A DNA stretch of 64,000 nucleotides from Candidatus Omnitrophota bacterium. Lineage in GTDB: Bacteria; Omnitrophota; Gorgyraeia; Zapsychrales; JANLHA01. Both the position numbers and the translations under genes were made by a program. The stretch is taken from assembly GCA_029560465.1 (NCBI GenBank), contig JAKQKX010000023.1, positions 7,965 through 71,964 on the forward strand, in the 5' to 3' direction. Positions 18,047 to 27,005 of the stretch are shown in pieces. The notes under the pieces were generated by a model, which was not told the DNA's origin, ran no database searches, and saw only the letters and a list, made by a program, of their open reading frames with translations. Position 1 is the first letter of the stretch. Every line of letters starts with the position of its first letter.

Positions 18047-19490
18047 GAAGAAGCCTCCTTTTTATTAAATCGCCCACAATCTTCGGGTTGGCTTTCCCTT
18101 GAGTGAGCTTCATCGTTTGTCCGATCAGAAAACCGAGAGCTTGCATTTTGCCGTTTTGAATTTCCTGGGCCGCGGTACTGTTTTCGGTGATCACCTGGTT
18201 GACATAAGCTTCTAAGGCGGCGTTGTCGGAAACCTGGGTGAGCCCATCGTGTTCAATGATGGCTTGAGCCGTCTGCCCGGTTTGGATCATTTTTTTTAGG
18301 ATATCTTTACCGACGAGATGGCTGACCGCCCCCTCTTCGACCTTGCGGATCAGGTCCGTGAATTGTTCAGGAGAAACCGGGATCCCTGCGGCGGTTTTCT
18401 TCTGGGTATTCAGTTCCTGCAGGAGGGGCCCGTTAATCCAGTTGCAGATTTTCTTGCCGGGGGACAGCTGTTTCGCGCAGGCTTCGAAGAAGTCTGCCAA
18501 TTCCGGATTTTGAATAAGGATCCCGGCATCATAGGCGGCAAGATCATAGGCGGCCTGCAGGCGCTCAAATTTTTTGAGGGGCTCTTCCGGTAAAGATTCT
18601 CTGATCAATTCAATATTTTTGTCCGAGACCGTGAACGGGACAAGGTCCGGTTCCGGGAAATACCGGTAATCGTGCGCCTGTTCCTTGCTGCGCATGGATT
18701 GGGTCACCTCTTCATGTTCATCCCAGAGGCGTGTTTCCTGCACAAGGGGCTGGCCGGCTGAGAGAAGCGTGCGGTGGCGGTTGGCTTCATAGTCTAAAGC
18801 CGCTTTCACAGCCCGGAAGGAATTCAGGTTCTTTATCTCCGACTTGGTCCCGAGCCGTGTTTCCCCCAGGGGACGAACGGAAACATTGGCGTCGCAACGC
18901 AGGCTGCCTTTTTCCATATCACAATCCGAAACATTTAGATACTGCAGCAGAAGCTTCAGGGCCGTCAGATAGTCGTACGCTTCCTGCGCCGAGCGGATAT
19001 CCGGTTCAGTGACGATTTCCATGAGCGGGGTTCCGGTTCGGTTATAGTCGACCAGGCTGACTTTATTTTTAGCGTCATGGATCAGCTTGCCGGCGTCTTC
19101 TTCCAGGTGGGCCCGGTGGACCCGGATCTTCTGTAAGTGATCTCCGGAAAGGATTTCAACATAGCCGTTATGCCCGATCGGATAATCATATTGGGAAATC
19201 TGATACCCCTTGGGCAGGTCGGGATAATAGTAATTTTTCCGGTCAAATTTGATGTGGGAATTGATTTGACAATGCAGGGCCAGGGCAACCTTGATGGCGT
19301 AGTCCAGCGCCGTTTTATTCAGCACCGGCAGGGTTCCGGGAAGGCCGAGGCAGACCGGGCAGGTGTTGGTGTTGGGCGGGTGCCCGAACTGGTTGGCACA
19401 GCCGCAGAAAATTTTGCTTTCGGTGTTGAACTGAAGATGGACTTCCAGCCCGATAACGGTTTCATATGATTGTTGAGTGGCGCTGGTCAT
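18039..19490 (-). CDS. gatB: Asp/Glu-tRNA amidotransferase subunit B
   Basis: [25 protein letters not shown] and YRYFPEPDL motifs. Confidence 0.98.
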   Translation of the reverse strand: MTSATQQSYETVIGLEVHLQFNTESKIFCGCANQFGHPPNTNTCPVCLGLPGTLPVLNKTALDYAIKVALALHCQINSHIKFDRKNYYYPDLPKGYQISQYDYPIGHNGYVEILSGDHLQKIRVHRAHLEEDAGKLIHDAKNKVSLVDYNRTGTPLMEIVTEPDIRSAQEAYDYLTALKLLLQYLNVSDCDMEKGSLRCDANVSVRPLGETRLGTKSEIKNLNSFRAVKAALDYEANRHRTLLSAGQPLVQETRLWDEHEEVTQSMRSKEQAHDYRYFPEPDLVPFTVSDKNIELIRESLPEEPLKKFERLQAAYDLAAYDAGILIQNPELADFFEACAKQLSPGKKICNWINGPLLQELNTQKKTAAGIPVSPEQFTDLIRKVEEGAVSHLVGKDILKKMIQTGQTAQAIIEHDGLTQVSDNAALEAYVNQVITENSTAAQEIQNGKMQALGFLIGQTMKLTQGKANPKIVGDLIKRRLLHG

Positions 19491-20941
19491 AATTTCGTCC
19501 GGGGTTTTAAGGTCTCTTTATACCAGCCGGCTTTTTGTTCATACTGATACGCGATGCGCAGCATCATTTCTTCATCGAAAGCCTTCGCGCACACCTGTAA
19601 TCCGATCGGCAGCCCCTCTTTGGAAAAGCCGCAGGGAAGCGATATCGCCGGGACCCCGCTGAGGTTGGCGAAAATGGTATAAATGTCAGACAGGTACATG
19701 GCCAGAGGGTCGTTTGTTTTTTCCCCTATCTTAAAGGCGGTGGTCGGAGACGTCGGCATCACGATGGCGTCGACTTCCTCAAACGCCCGGTCAAAATCAT
19801 TTTTAATCAGAGTGCGGACTTTTTGTCCGCGTAAATAAAAGGCGTCGTAATAGCCGGAGGAAAGGGAAAACGTCCCGAGCATAATGCGCCTTTTTGTTTC
19901 TTCTCCGAACCCCTGGTCCCGGGTCTCTTCAAACATATCCACGATAGCGCTTTTGCGGGGTTGGGGGGGCGTGCGCCGTAACCCATAGCGGACGCCGTCA
20001 TAACGGGCGAGGTTGGAACTGGCTTCGGCGGTGGCGATAATGTAATAGGTCGCAACGCAATACTCTGTATGCGGGAGTGAAATATCAACGATCGTGGCCC
20101 CCATGCCTTTCAGCAGGTTGATCGCCTCTTCAACTGCCGCGCGGACCTCCGGGGCGAGTCCGTCGATAAAATATTCTTTCGGCACACCGATCTTTAGTCC
20201 TTTGATATCCTTTCCGAGAGCCGATGCATAATCCGGCACGGGAAGGTCCCCGGACGTTGAATCCATGGGATCATGTCCGGCTAAAATCCCTAGAAGGCAT
20301 GCGGCATCTTGAACGTCTTTCGTGATCGGCCCGATCTGATCCAGGCTGGAGGCGAACGCGATGAGCCCGTACCTGGAAACGCGCCCGTAGGTCGGCTTGA
20401 GCCCCACGACTCCGCAGAAAGCAGCCGGCTGACGGATCGAGCCGCCGGTATCTGACCCGATCGCCCATATGGCTTCATGGGCGGCGACGGCCGCCGCGGA
20501 TCCGCCGCTGCTGCCTCCCGGAACCCGTGTCAGGTCCCAAGGATTATGGGTCGGGCCGTAGCAGGAGTTTTCCGTTGAGGAGCCAAACGCGAATTCGTCC
20601 ATATTCGTGTGCCCCTGCACGACCATCCCTTGCGACCGGAGTTTCCCGATAACTGTCGCGTCGTAAGGAGGTTTAAACCCTTTCAGAATTCTTGAGCAGC
20701 AGGTCGTCTCCATGCCTTTGACGCAGATATTGTCTTTGACGGCGACCGGCAGGCCGCGAAATTTCTTGGGGGCGGAGTCCTGGATCCCGGGGAACTCCTC
20801 CTGAAAAAGAACATAGGCGTGAACCGGGCCGTCGTTGTCTTTAATCCGTTGGTTCAATGAATGGTAGAGGGTTTCCGCGGAAATCTGTCCGGAGTGCAAC
20901 TTGTCCGTTAAGGCGTGCGCTGTCAGTTCATAAAGATTCAT
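19487..20941 (-). CDS. gatA: Asp/Glu-tRNA amidotransferase subunit A
   Basis: Amidase signature PGGSSGGS and [12 protein letters not shown]; SNLARYDG motif. Confidence 0.98.
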   Translation of the reverse strand: MNLYELTAHALTDKLHSGQISAETLYHSLNQRIKDNDGPVHAYVLFQEEFPGIQDSAPKKFRGLPVAVKDNICVKGMETTCCSRILKGFKPPYDATVIGKLRSQGMVVQGHTNMDEFAFGSSTENSCYGPTHNPWDLTRVPGGSSGGSAAAVAAHEAIWAIGSDTGGSIRQPAAFCGVVGLKPTYGRVSRYGLIAFASSLDQIGPITKDVQDAACLLGILAGHDPMDSTSGDLPVPDYASALGKDIKGLKIGVPKEYFIDGLAPEVRAAVEEAINLLKGMGATIVDISLPHTEYCVATYYIIATAEASSNLARYDGVRYGLRRTPPQPRKSAIVDMFEETRDQGFGEETKRRIMLGTFSLSSGYYDAFYLRGQKVRTLIKNDFDRAFEEVDAIVMPTSPTTAFKIGEKTNDPLAMYLSDIYTIFANLSGVPAISLPCGFSKEGLPIGLQVCAKAFDEEMMLRIAYQYEQKAGWYKETLKPRTKL

Positions 20942-20956
20942 GGGTGATCCTATTTT

Positions 20957-21241
20957 TCATTCGATAACTTGCGGGACGGTGAACGCCCCGTCTTTTTGGG
21001 TTATGGCCATTTGAACCGCTTCGGCCTGAGTCAGCGAAGGAACCACGCGGTCTTCCCGGAACACATTTTGAAGCGGGAGGACATGGCTTGTCGGGGTAAC
21101 GGCGCTTGTATCAAGCTTTTCAAGTTTGGCGATATAATTCAGAATTGCTTCCAAATCATGGGTTAACGCGGTTAATTCAGCATCCGGCAAATTCATACGT
21201 GCGAGGCTGGCTATAGTCTGGATCGTATTTTTTGTTATCAT
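20957..21241 (-). CDS. gatC: Asp/Glu-tRNA amidotransferase subunit C
   Basis: IASLAR, PTSH, REDRV and FTVPQVIE motifs; gatCAB synteny. Confidence 0.93.
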   Translation of the reverse strand: MITKNTIQTIASLARMNLPDAELTALTHDLEAILNYIAKLEKLDTSAVTPTSHVLPLQNVFREDRVVPSLTQAEAVQMAITQKDGAFTVPQVIE

Positions 21242-21304
21242 GATTTCCTCGTAATAATATATATATTAATAAATAATATCATTCTCCTTGGGGTAGCACA
21301 AGTG

Positions 21305-21688
21305 CTATTTCAGCAACAGGGCCTTAAGGTCTTCGGGGATTGGAACGGGCTTGAAATCCTGATTGAGACAGGCGAGGATAACTTCGGCGTCCGCGACAAG
21401 GGCGTTGGTCTTTTTTTGAAAAATTTTCTGAGAAAAGAAAATTTGAGCGGCCGTGATCTTAATAAGGGTGGCATCGCAACACAGGATATCCCCGTACCGG
21501 GCTGGACTTTTGTAAGATATGTTGACTTTCCGGACCGCATACACAAAGCCCCGCTGACTAAAGATGGTGACACTTAATCCTTTCTTTTCCAGAAACTCCG
21601 TCCTCGCTTCTTCAAGATATTTCAAGTAGTTCCCGTAATAAACAACCCCTCCGGAATCAGTGTCGTGATAAAATATTTTCTTTTCCAT
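21305..21688 (-). CDS. YbgC/FadM-family acyl-CoA thioesterase
   Basis: YHDTDSGGVVYYGNYLKYLEEAR motif. Confidence 0.9.
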   Translation of the reverse strand: MEKKIFYHDTDSGGVVYYGNYLKYLEEARTEFLEKKGLSVTIFSQRGFVYAVRKVNISYKSPARYGDILCCDATLIKITAAQIFFSQKIFQKKTNALVADAEVILACLNQDFKPVPIPEDLKALLLK

Positions 21689-21787
21689 CTCTGGGCTCCT
21701 TTATTTTAAGTTCTACTTTTAACATGTAATAATTCAACTGTCAAGAAATAGGTCGGGGATTGAATTTAATATTTTTTTTCCTTATTC

Positions 21788-21816
21788 TTGCATCAGATAA
21801 GAAAAAATGCTACATT
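21788..21816 (+). promoter_or_regulatory. Putative sigma70 promoter of the PilZ gene
   Basis: TTGCAT-N17-TACATT with a TGn extension, in the divergent AT-rich gap. Confidence 0.45.
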
Positions 21817-21873
21817 ATGGACGGAATATATAAAAAATATTACTAATTATAAATAAATAGAATTTAATCAGTT

Positions 21874-22329
21874 ATGGAAAATCCTCAATCAAACACGCGC
21901 CAGTCAGTTCCTGCTTATCCCGGCCCGGAGAGACGGTATTTGCCCCGCTGGGAGGTTAATAACCGTGTTTTGTGCCGCACGGAGGAAGGATTTGATTCTG
22001 TCGAGTGCCGCAGTATGGATTTGAGTTGTTCCGGTGTCTGCCTGGTCATGCGTCAGAAATTTCAGCCAGCCCAAAGAGTCAAATTGACGATTTATCTCAC
22101 GGAAGCGAAAGCGGTGGAAGTCGATGGCCGCGTGGCCTGGAGCCGGGTTTCCGGATATGGCAATTTGGCCGGCGTCAGTTTCGAGAACACCGAGCTCGGG
22201 ATCCAGGACACGATTTTAAAATACGCTTTTGAGTTTAAGAAGAACGCTCTTCTTCAGCATTGGTTTGAAGGATGGGAACCACCCGGCGCGGAATCAGAGC
22301 CGGTCCCCTCTTCTCCTCCCCAAAATTAA
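21874..22329 (+). CDS. Stand-alone PilZ-domain protein (c-di-GMP receptor)
   Basis: RRYLPR (RxxxR) and DLSCSG (DxSxxG) motifs; GRVAW and GVSF strands. Confidence 0.88.
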   Translation: MENPQSNTRQSVPAYPGPERRYLPRWEVNNRVLCRTEEGFDSVECRSMDLSCSGVCLVMRQKFQPAQRVKLTIYLTEAKAVEVDGRVAWSRVSGYGNLAGVSFENTELGIQDTILKYAFEFKKNALLQHWFEGWEPPGAESEPVPSSPPQN

Positions 22330-22344
22330 ATTACCCGTTTTATT

Positions 22345-23151
22345 TTAAAGCAAATTTATAATATGACAATAATCCATCAGGGATAATGCTTCTGGCCTTG
22401 AGGAAGGCTTGATGTTGAGCCGTTCCAAGACATTCAGGAGCGCTTGTTTATCGCACCCGCCGGCCAAAGCGTTGACGAGTGTTTTCCTCCTGTGCTGAAA
22501 AGCCGTTCGGATCAATTTAAAAAGAAGCGGCTCGTCTTGGACTGGAGTTCTTGCCTCTCGGAAAGACAGATGAAGGAAACAAGAGGTGACTTTCGGGACC
22601 GGCCTGAAACAGGACGGAGAGATCAGAAAAAGGATGCGCACGTCTGCGTAATATTGGATGTAACAGGAGAGCGACCCATAGTCTTTGGAATGCGGTTGGG
22701 CGGTGAGCCTTTTCCCGAATTCGTGTTGAACCGTTAGAAACGCTTCCGTGATAAAGTGGCGTTCGGAAATTAATTTTTCGATAATAGGCGTGGAAATGCC
22801 GTATGGCAGGTTCCCGATGACCTTAACGGGAACCGGAAGCCCGGACATGGGGAAATTCAAAAAATCCGATTGAATGAGGTGAAGCCGGTCGTCCGGCAAG
22901 AGTCCTTTCAAAAGGCCGCACAAACGGGGGTCCGTTTCAACCGCGTGAAGTGATTTTACCCCCGGGGCGATGTGCCTGGTTAAAGCGCCTCGTCCCGGGC
23001 CTATTTCCAGCACGTGTTGATCATCGTTCAAACAACATGCGGAAATGATTTTCCGGATGACATTGTCATCGACAAGAAAATTCTGCCCGAGGTGTTTTCG
23101 GGCCCTTGGGAGAAGCTCTGGAGGAGATGTCCGTGGAAAACGTTTGGGCAT
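22345..23151 (-). CDS. rsmA: 16S rRNA m6,6A dimethyltransferase
   Basis: LGQNFL, EIGPGRGALT, GNLPY and RRKTL motifs. Confidence 0.96.
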   Translation of the reverse strand: MPKRFPRTSPPELLPRARKHLGQNFLVDDNVIRKIISACCLNDDQHVLEIGPGRGALTRHIAPGVKSLHAVETDPRLCGLLKGLLPDDRLHLIQSDFLNFPMSGLPVPVKVIGNLPYGISTPIIEKLISERHFITEAFLTVQHEFGKRLTAQPHSKDYGSLSCYIQYYADVRILFLISPSCFRPVPKVTSCFLHLSFREARTPVQDEPLLFKLIRTAFQHRRKTLVNALAGGCDKQALLNVLERLNIKPSSRPEALSLMDYCHIINLL

Positions 23152-23155
23152 GATT

Positions 23156-24103
23156 TTAACCGTTTGTGAGTTCGTCGGCCAGACGGAGGGCGGCGGTCAT
23201 TGATCCGGCGTGGGCCACCCCTTTCCCGGCGATATTAAAAGCCGTGCCGTGAGCGGGGGAGGTCCTGATAAACGGCAACCCGGCCGTGAAGTTAACCAGG
23301 TCATGAAAGAAAAGGGCTTTGACCGCCACCAGCCCCTGGTCATGGTACATCGCAATGATGAGGTCATAGTTTTTTGAGTTATGCGGCGTAAATAAGGTGT
23401 CGGCGGCAAACGGGCCTTCGATAGGGATTCCTCTTTTTTTTGCGGCTGTAATAGCCGGGATCAGGATGCGGATCTCCTCATCGCCGATGTTCCCTCCCTC
23501 CCCGGCGTGGGGGTTCAGGCCGCAAACCGCGATTCGCGGATTCGGAATCCCGAACTGGGCTCGCAGGCTTTGCCGGGCCCTCTGGACCGTGCCCAGGAGG
23601 GCTTCAGCGGAGATCATGCGGCTGACACGTTTCAGCGGGATGTGGCGGGTGAGCAGGACGACGCGTAAATGCCGGGCGACAAACATCATCTCAACATGCT
23701 TGCGATGGAACGCCCGGGCGAGGAATTCCGTGTGCCCTTCAAAATGGCACCCCGATGTGCAGATGTTTTCTTTATGCACCGGCGCCGTCACCAGGGCGTG
23801 CGCGCCTTTTCGTTTCAGCAAATCCACGGCCGCGAGAAGATAAGATAGAGACGCCTGCGCGGACGCCGGTGTGCCCTGTCCTGGGCGAACCGCGTTTTCA
23901 GACAGCAGTTTAAGGTCTCTCAGGTCACAGTTTCCCGGCAGGCTGGACGCGTAACGGTTCAAGATCGTCTTGTCACCGATAATACAGAAAGGCCCGCGTT
24001 TCCGGATGCCGGGATTCCTCAGCGCTTTGACGAGGACTTCCGGGCCAATTCCTGCCGGATCGCCCATCGTGACAGCAATGGTTTTTCTGTTTTTTAATCT
24101 CAT
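23156..24103 (-). CDS. pdxA: 4-hydroxythreonine-4-phosphate dehydrogenase
   Basis: MGDPAGIGPE, GHTE, NPHAGE, MYHDQG and RTSPAHGTA motifs. Confidence 0.96.
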   Translation of the reverse strand: MRLKNRKTIAVTMGDPAGIGPEVLVKALRNPGIRKRGPFCIIGDKTILNRYASSLPGNCDLRDLKLLSENAVRPGQGTPASAQASLSYLLAAVDLLKRKGAHALVTAPVHKENICTSGCHFEGHTEFLARAFHRKHVEMMFVARHLRVVLLTRHIPLKRVSRMISAEALLGTVQRARQSLRAQFGIPNPRIAVCGLNPHAGEGGNIGDEEIRILIPAITAAKKRGIPIEGPFAADTLFTPHNSKNYDLIIAMYHDQGLVAVKALFFHDLVNFTAGLPFIRTSPAHGTAFNIAGKGVAHAGSMTAALRLADELTNG

Positions 24104-24174
24104 GGGATGTCGGGAGTTTTAAGGATATTTATCATAAAGACCAGTTGCCAACGGGAGGCCCGCCGAAGGATGGG

Positions 24175-25119
24175 TTAACTTTTGATGTCGATATAGGCTT
24201 GTTTTTTGAGTTCCTGGATCCAGATGTTAAACCGTTCACGGAATTTGTCCTGGAAAATTTTCTCTGTGATGATATCTTTAACCTCATCCAGAGTCGCGAT
24301 CTGGTGAGGGGTCTGTTTTATGGCTTTAAAAATATAAAGACCTTCCTCAAGCTCGATGATCTTTGAAACCTCCCCTTCCTTCAACCCGAAAACCGCGTTT
24401 TCAATCGCGGGCAAAACCTGCCCTTTGGCAATTGTGCCGACCGGCGTTCCCAGGGAATAGGTGTCCATGAGCACCTTAAAATCTTTTCCTTCGATGACTT
24501 GTAAAAGGATATCTTTTGCTTGCTGGCGGGCGGAGTCAATGTCGTTATTCTTGGGGATATAGATCGATAACAGCTCCACCTTGGCCGGCTGCTGGAACGA
24601 CTCAAAATTTTTTTTGTAGTAATCCGTCACTTCTTGCGGGTTGACCACAACTTTTGACCGGACTTCCCTCTCGACCATGAATTTTATTTTAAATTGGTCA
24701 TTGAGTTTCGTTTTCAGTTCTGAAATCGTGGCGCCTTCGGCTAAAAGCGCCTTCAGAAAATCCTGCTCTGATTTGTAGGCTTGTTTAATTTCCGCGAGCC
24801 GTTGATCGATGATTTCTGGCCTTACTTCCAATCCAATGCGGTTCGCTTCTGTCAGGATAAGTTTGTCTTCAATCAGGCGGACGATACCGTCCCTCTCCAT
24901 CTCCTGCATGATGCTCTGTATTTCGCTGTCACGCCGGCCTTCCATTTTCAGCTGCGTAAACAAAGAGTGGATATAATCTTTCAGGTTTTTTAAAGTGATG
25001 ATGTCGTCATTCACAACCGCTATAATGGCGTCTTCCACCGCATGAGTCGCCGTCAAGGGAGTTAAGAGGAGCACGGCGGTCATGATGCCCCCGATAGTTT
25101 TTTTATTGTGCCTCAACAT
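24175..25119 (-). CDS. surA: SurA-like periplasmic chaperone/parvulin PPIase
   Basis: Signal peptide, IIAVVNDDIIT motif, degenerate parvulin domain; mfd-surA-pdxA-rsmA synteny. Confidence 0.82.
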   Translation of the reverse strand: MLRHNKKTIGGIMTAVLLLTPLTATHAVEDAIIAVVNDDIITLKNLKDYIHSLFTQLKMEGRRDSEIQSIMQEMERDGIVRLIEDKLILTEANRIGLEVRPEIIDQRLAEIKQAYKSEQDFLKALLAEGATISELKTKLNDQFKIKFMVEREVRSKVVVNPQEVTDYYKKNFESFQQPAKVELLSIYIPKNNDIDSARQQAKDILLQVIEGKDFKVLMDTYSLGTPVGTIAKGQVLPAIENAVFGLKEGEVSKIIELEEGLYIFKAIKQTPHQIATLDEVKDIITEKIFQDKFRERFNIWIQELKKQAYIDIKS

Positions 25120-27004
25120 GTTCCATCGTCTCCTGGGTCGTTTTTAAATGTTCAATCGACTCCTTCAAAAGCCGGCAGTATAAATCGAAACCGATGGCGG
25201 TGATATACCCGCTTTGCTCTTCCCCTAATAAATTCCCCGCACCCCTGATTTGCAGATCTTCAAAAGCGATTTGAAATCCGGCGCCCAATTCGCTGTGTTT
25301 TTCGAGGGCGCTGAGCCGGGCTTTTGATATTTTCGAAAGCCCTAACTCGGAAGGAATAAAGAAATACGCGTAAGCCTGGTTGGTAAACCGCCCCACCCGG
25401 CCCCGTAGTTGGTGTAAGTCAGCCAGGCCGAAATGCTGCGCGTGGTTAACCATCAGCGTGTTCGCGTTGGGGATGTCGATCCCCGACTCGATGATCGTTG
25501 TGCAGACCAGGACATGGACGTCCCCTTTAAGAAATTGCAGCATCACGCGTTCCAACTGCTTGGCAGGCATTTGCCCGTGGCCCACCGCGACGTTTGCTTT
25601 CGGAGCAAGCCTTTGTATTATTTTAGCAACTTTCTCGATATCTTCAACCCGGTTGTGCAAGAAAAAGACTTGGCCTTTCCGGCTTATTTCCCGCTCGATG
25701 GCGGTGCGCACCAGGTCTTCATCGAACTCGACGATGTGAGTCAAGACCGGTGTCCGGTTTTTCGGGGGGGTTGAGATGACGGACATGTCTTTGACCCCGG
25801 CCATGGCCATGTAAAGCGTGCGTGGAATCGGCGTGGCGGTCAAGGTCAGGACATCCACCAGGAGTTTCAGGTGCTTGAGCTTTTCTTTGGCTTTTACACC
25901 GAAACGTTGTTCTTCGTCAATCACCACAAGCCCCAGGTCTTTGAAATGGATATCTTTAGACAACAGCCGATGCGTTCCGATGACGATATCGACCCGTTTC
26001 TCGGCCAATTCCCGGATGATGGATTCCTGCTCTTGCTTGGTCCGGAACCGGCTGAGCATGGCGATCTTAACGGGATAATTTTTCATCCGTTCGCTGAAAT
26101 TATAATAATGCTGCTCCGCCAGAATCGTGGTCGGCACGAGCACCGCAACCTGTTTATTGTTCAGTACGGCTTTGAACATCGCCCGCAGGGCAACCTCGGT
26201 TTTGCCGAAGCCCACATCCCCGCATAATAGCCGGTCCATCGGCCAGTCAGCCTCCATGTCCGTGATCACCTCCCGGGTTGATTTGATCTGGTCCGGGGTG
26301 TCGGGAAACGGGAAAGATTTTTCAAAGGCGTTTTCCCATTCAGGGTCCCTGTTATAGGCGAATCCTTTCAGGCTGGTGCGCAGCGCCTGCAGCCGCAAGA
26401 GTTCCGCCGCGAAACGCTGCAGCTTTTTCTGGATTTGAGCTTTAACCCGCGTCCATTCTTTCGATCCCAACTTGTAGAGGCGGGGCGGTTTCTTATGAAA
26501 ATTAACGTATTTTTGAACCAGATGCATGTCGTGCTTCGGGATATACAGGCGGTCGCCCCCGAAGTATTCGATGACCAGGTGGTCTTTATTCTGGTTGTTC
26601 ACCGGCATCGGTTTGATCCCGAGGAACCTTCCGATGCCGTGATGGTTGTGAACGACGTAATCCCCTTTATGGATGTCGACGAAGTGGTTTAACGGAGTGT
26701 CGGCTGTGAAGGGCGATTTGTCCGTCTTTTTGCTGGGCAGGAGAAAGATAATATTGTGCTTCCAGATGGTCTGGGATGAGCGGATATTGTAACTGGCAAT
26801 GAACTGGATCCGGTCTCCGTTCAGGGCGATCCGGATGGGGCTGTCGAAATTCGCCGGGAAGACGTCCAGGACTTCTCCCCGGCAGGCGAAATCCCCTTCT
26901 TCCTGGACGTCCCTGACCTTGCGGTAATGGAAATGGACCAGCTCTTCCAGGATTTCGTCTAAATTGATGGTTTGATCGACATAAAGTTTGAGCGATCGAA
27001 ACAT
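25103..27004 (-). CDS. mfd: Transcription-repair coupling factor, short form (633 aa)
   Basis: GDFACRGEVLDVFP (D2), GDYVVHNHHGIG (RID), CGDVGFGKTEVA, DEEQRFG, QLRGRVGR and DLQIRGAGNLLG motifs. Confidence 0.9.
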   Translation of the reverse strand: MFRSLKLYVDQTINLDEILEELVHFHYRKVRDVQEEGDFACRGEVLDVFPANFDSPIRIALNGDRIQFIASYNIRSSQTIWKHNIIFLLPSKKTDKSPFTADTPLNHFVDIHKGDYVVHNHHGIGRFLGIKPMPVNNQNKDHLVIEYFGGDRLYIPKHDMHLVQKYVNFHKKPPRLYKLGSKEWTRVKAQIQKKLQRFAAELLRLQALRTSLKGFAYNRDPEWENAFEKSFPFPDTPDQIKSTREVITDMEADWPMDRLLCGDVGFGKTEVALRAMFKAVLNNKQVAVLVPTTILAEQHYYNFSERMKNYPVKIAMLSRFRTKQEQESIIRELAEKRVDIVIGTHRLLSKDIHFKDLGLVVIDEEQRFGVKAKEKLKHLKLLVDVLTLTATPIPRTLYMAMAGVKDMSVISTPPKNRTPVLTHIVEFDEDLVRTAIEREISRKGQVFFLHNRVEDIEKVAKIIQRLAPKANVAVGHGQMPAKQLERVMLQFLKGDVHVLVCTTIIESGIDIPNANTLMVNHAQHFGLADLHQLRGRVGRFTNQAYAYFFIPSELGLSKISKARLSALEKHSELGAGFQIAFEDLQIRGAGNLLGEEQSGYITAIGFDLYCRLLKESIEHLKTTQETMEHVEAQ

Positions 27005-27005
27005 C

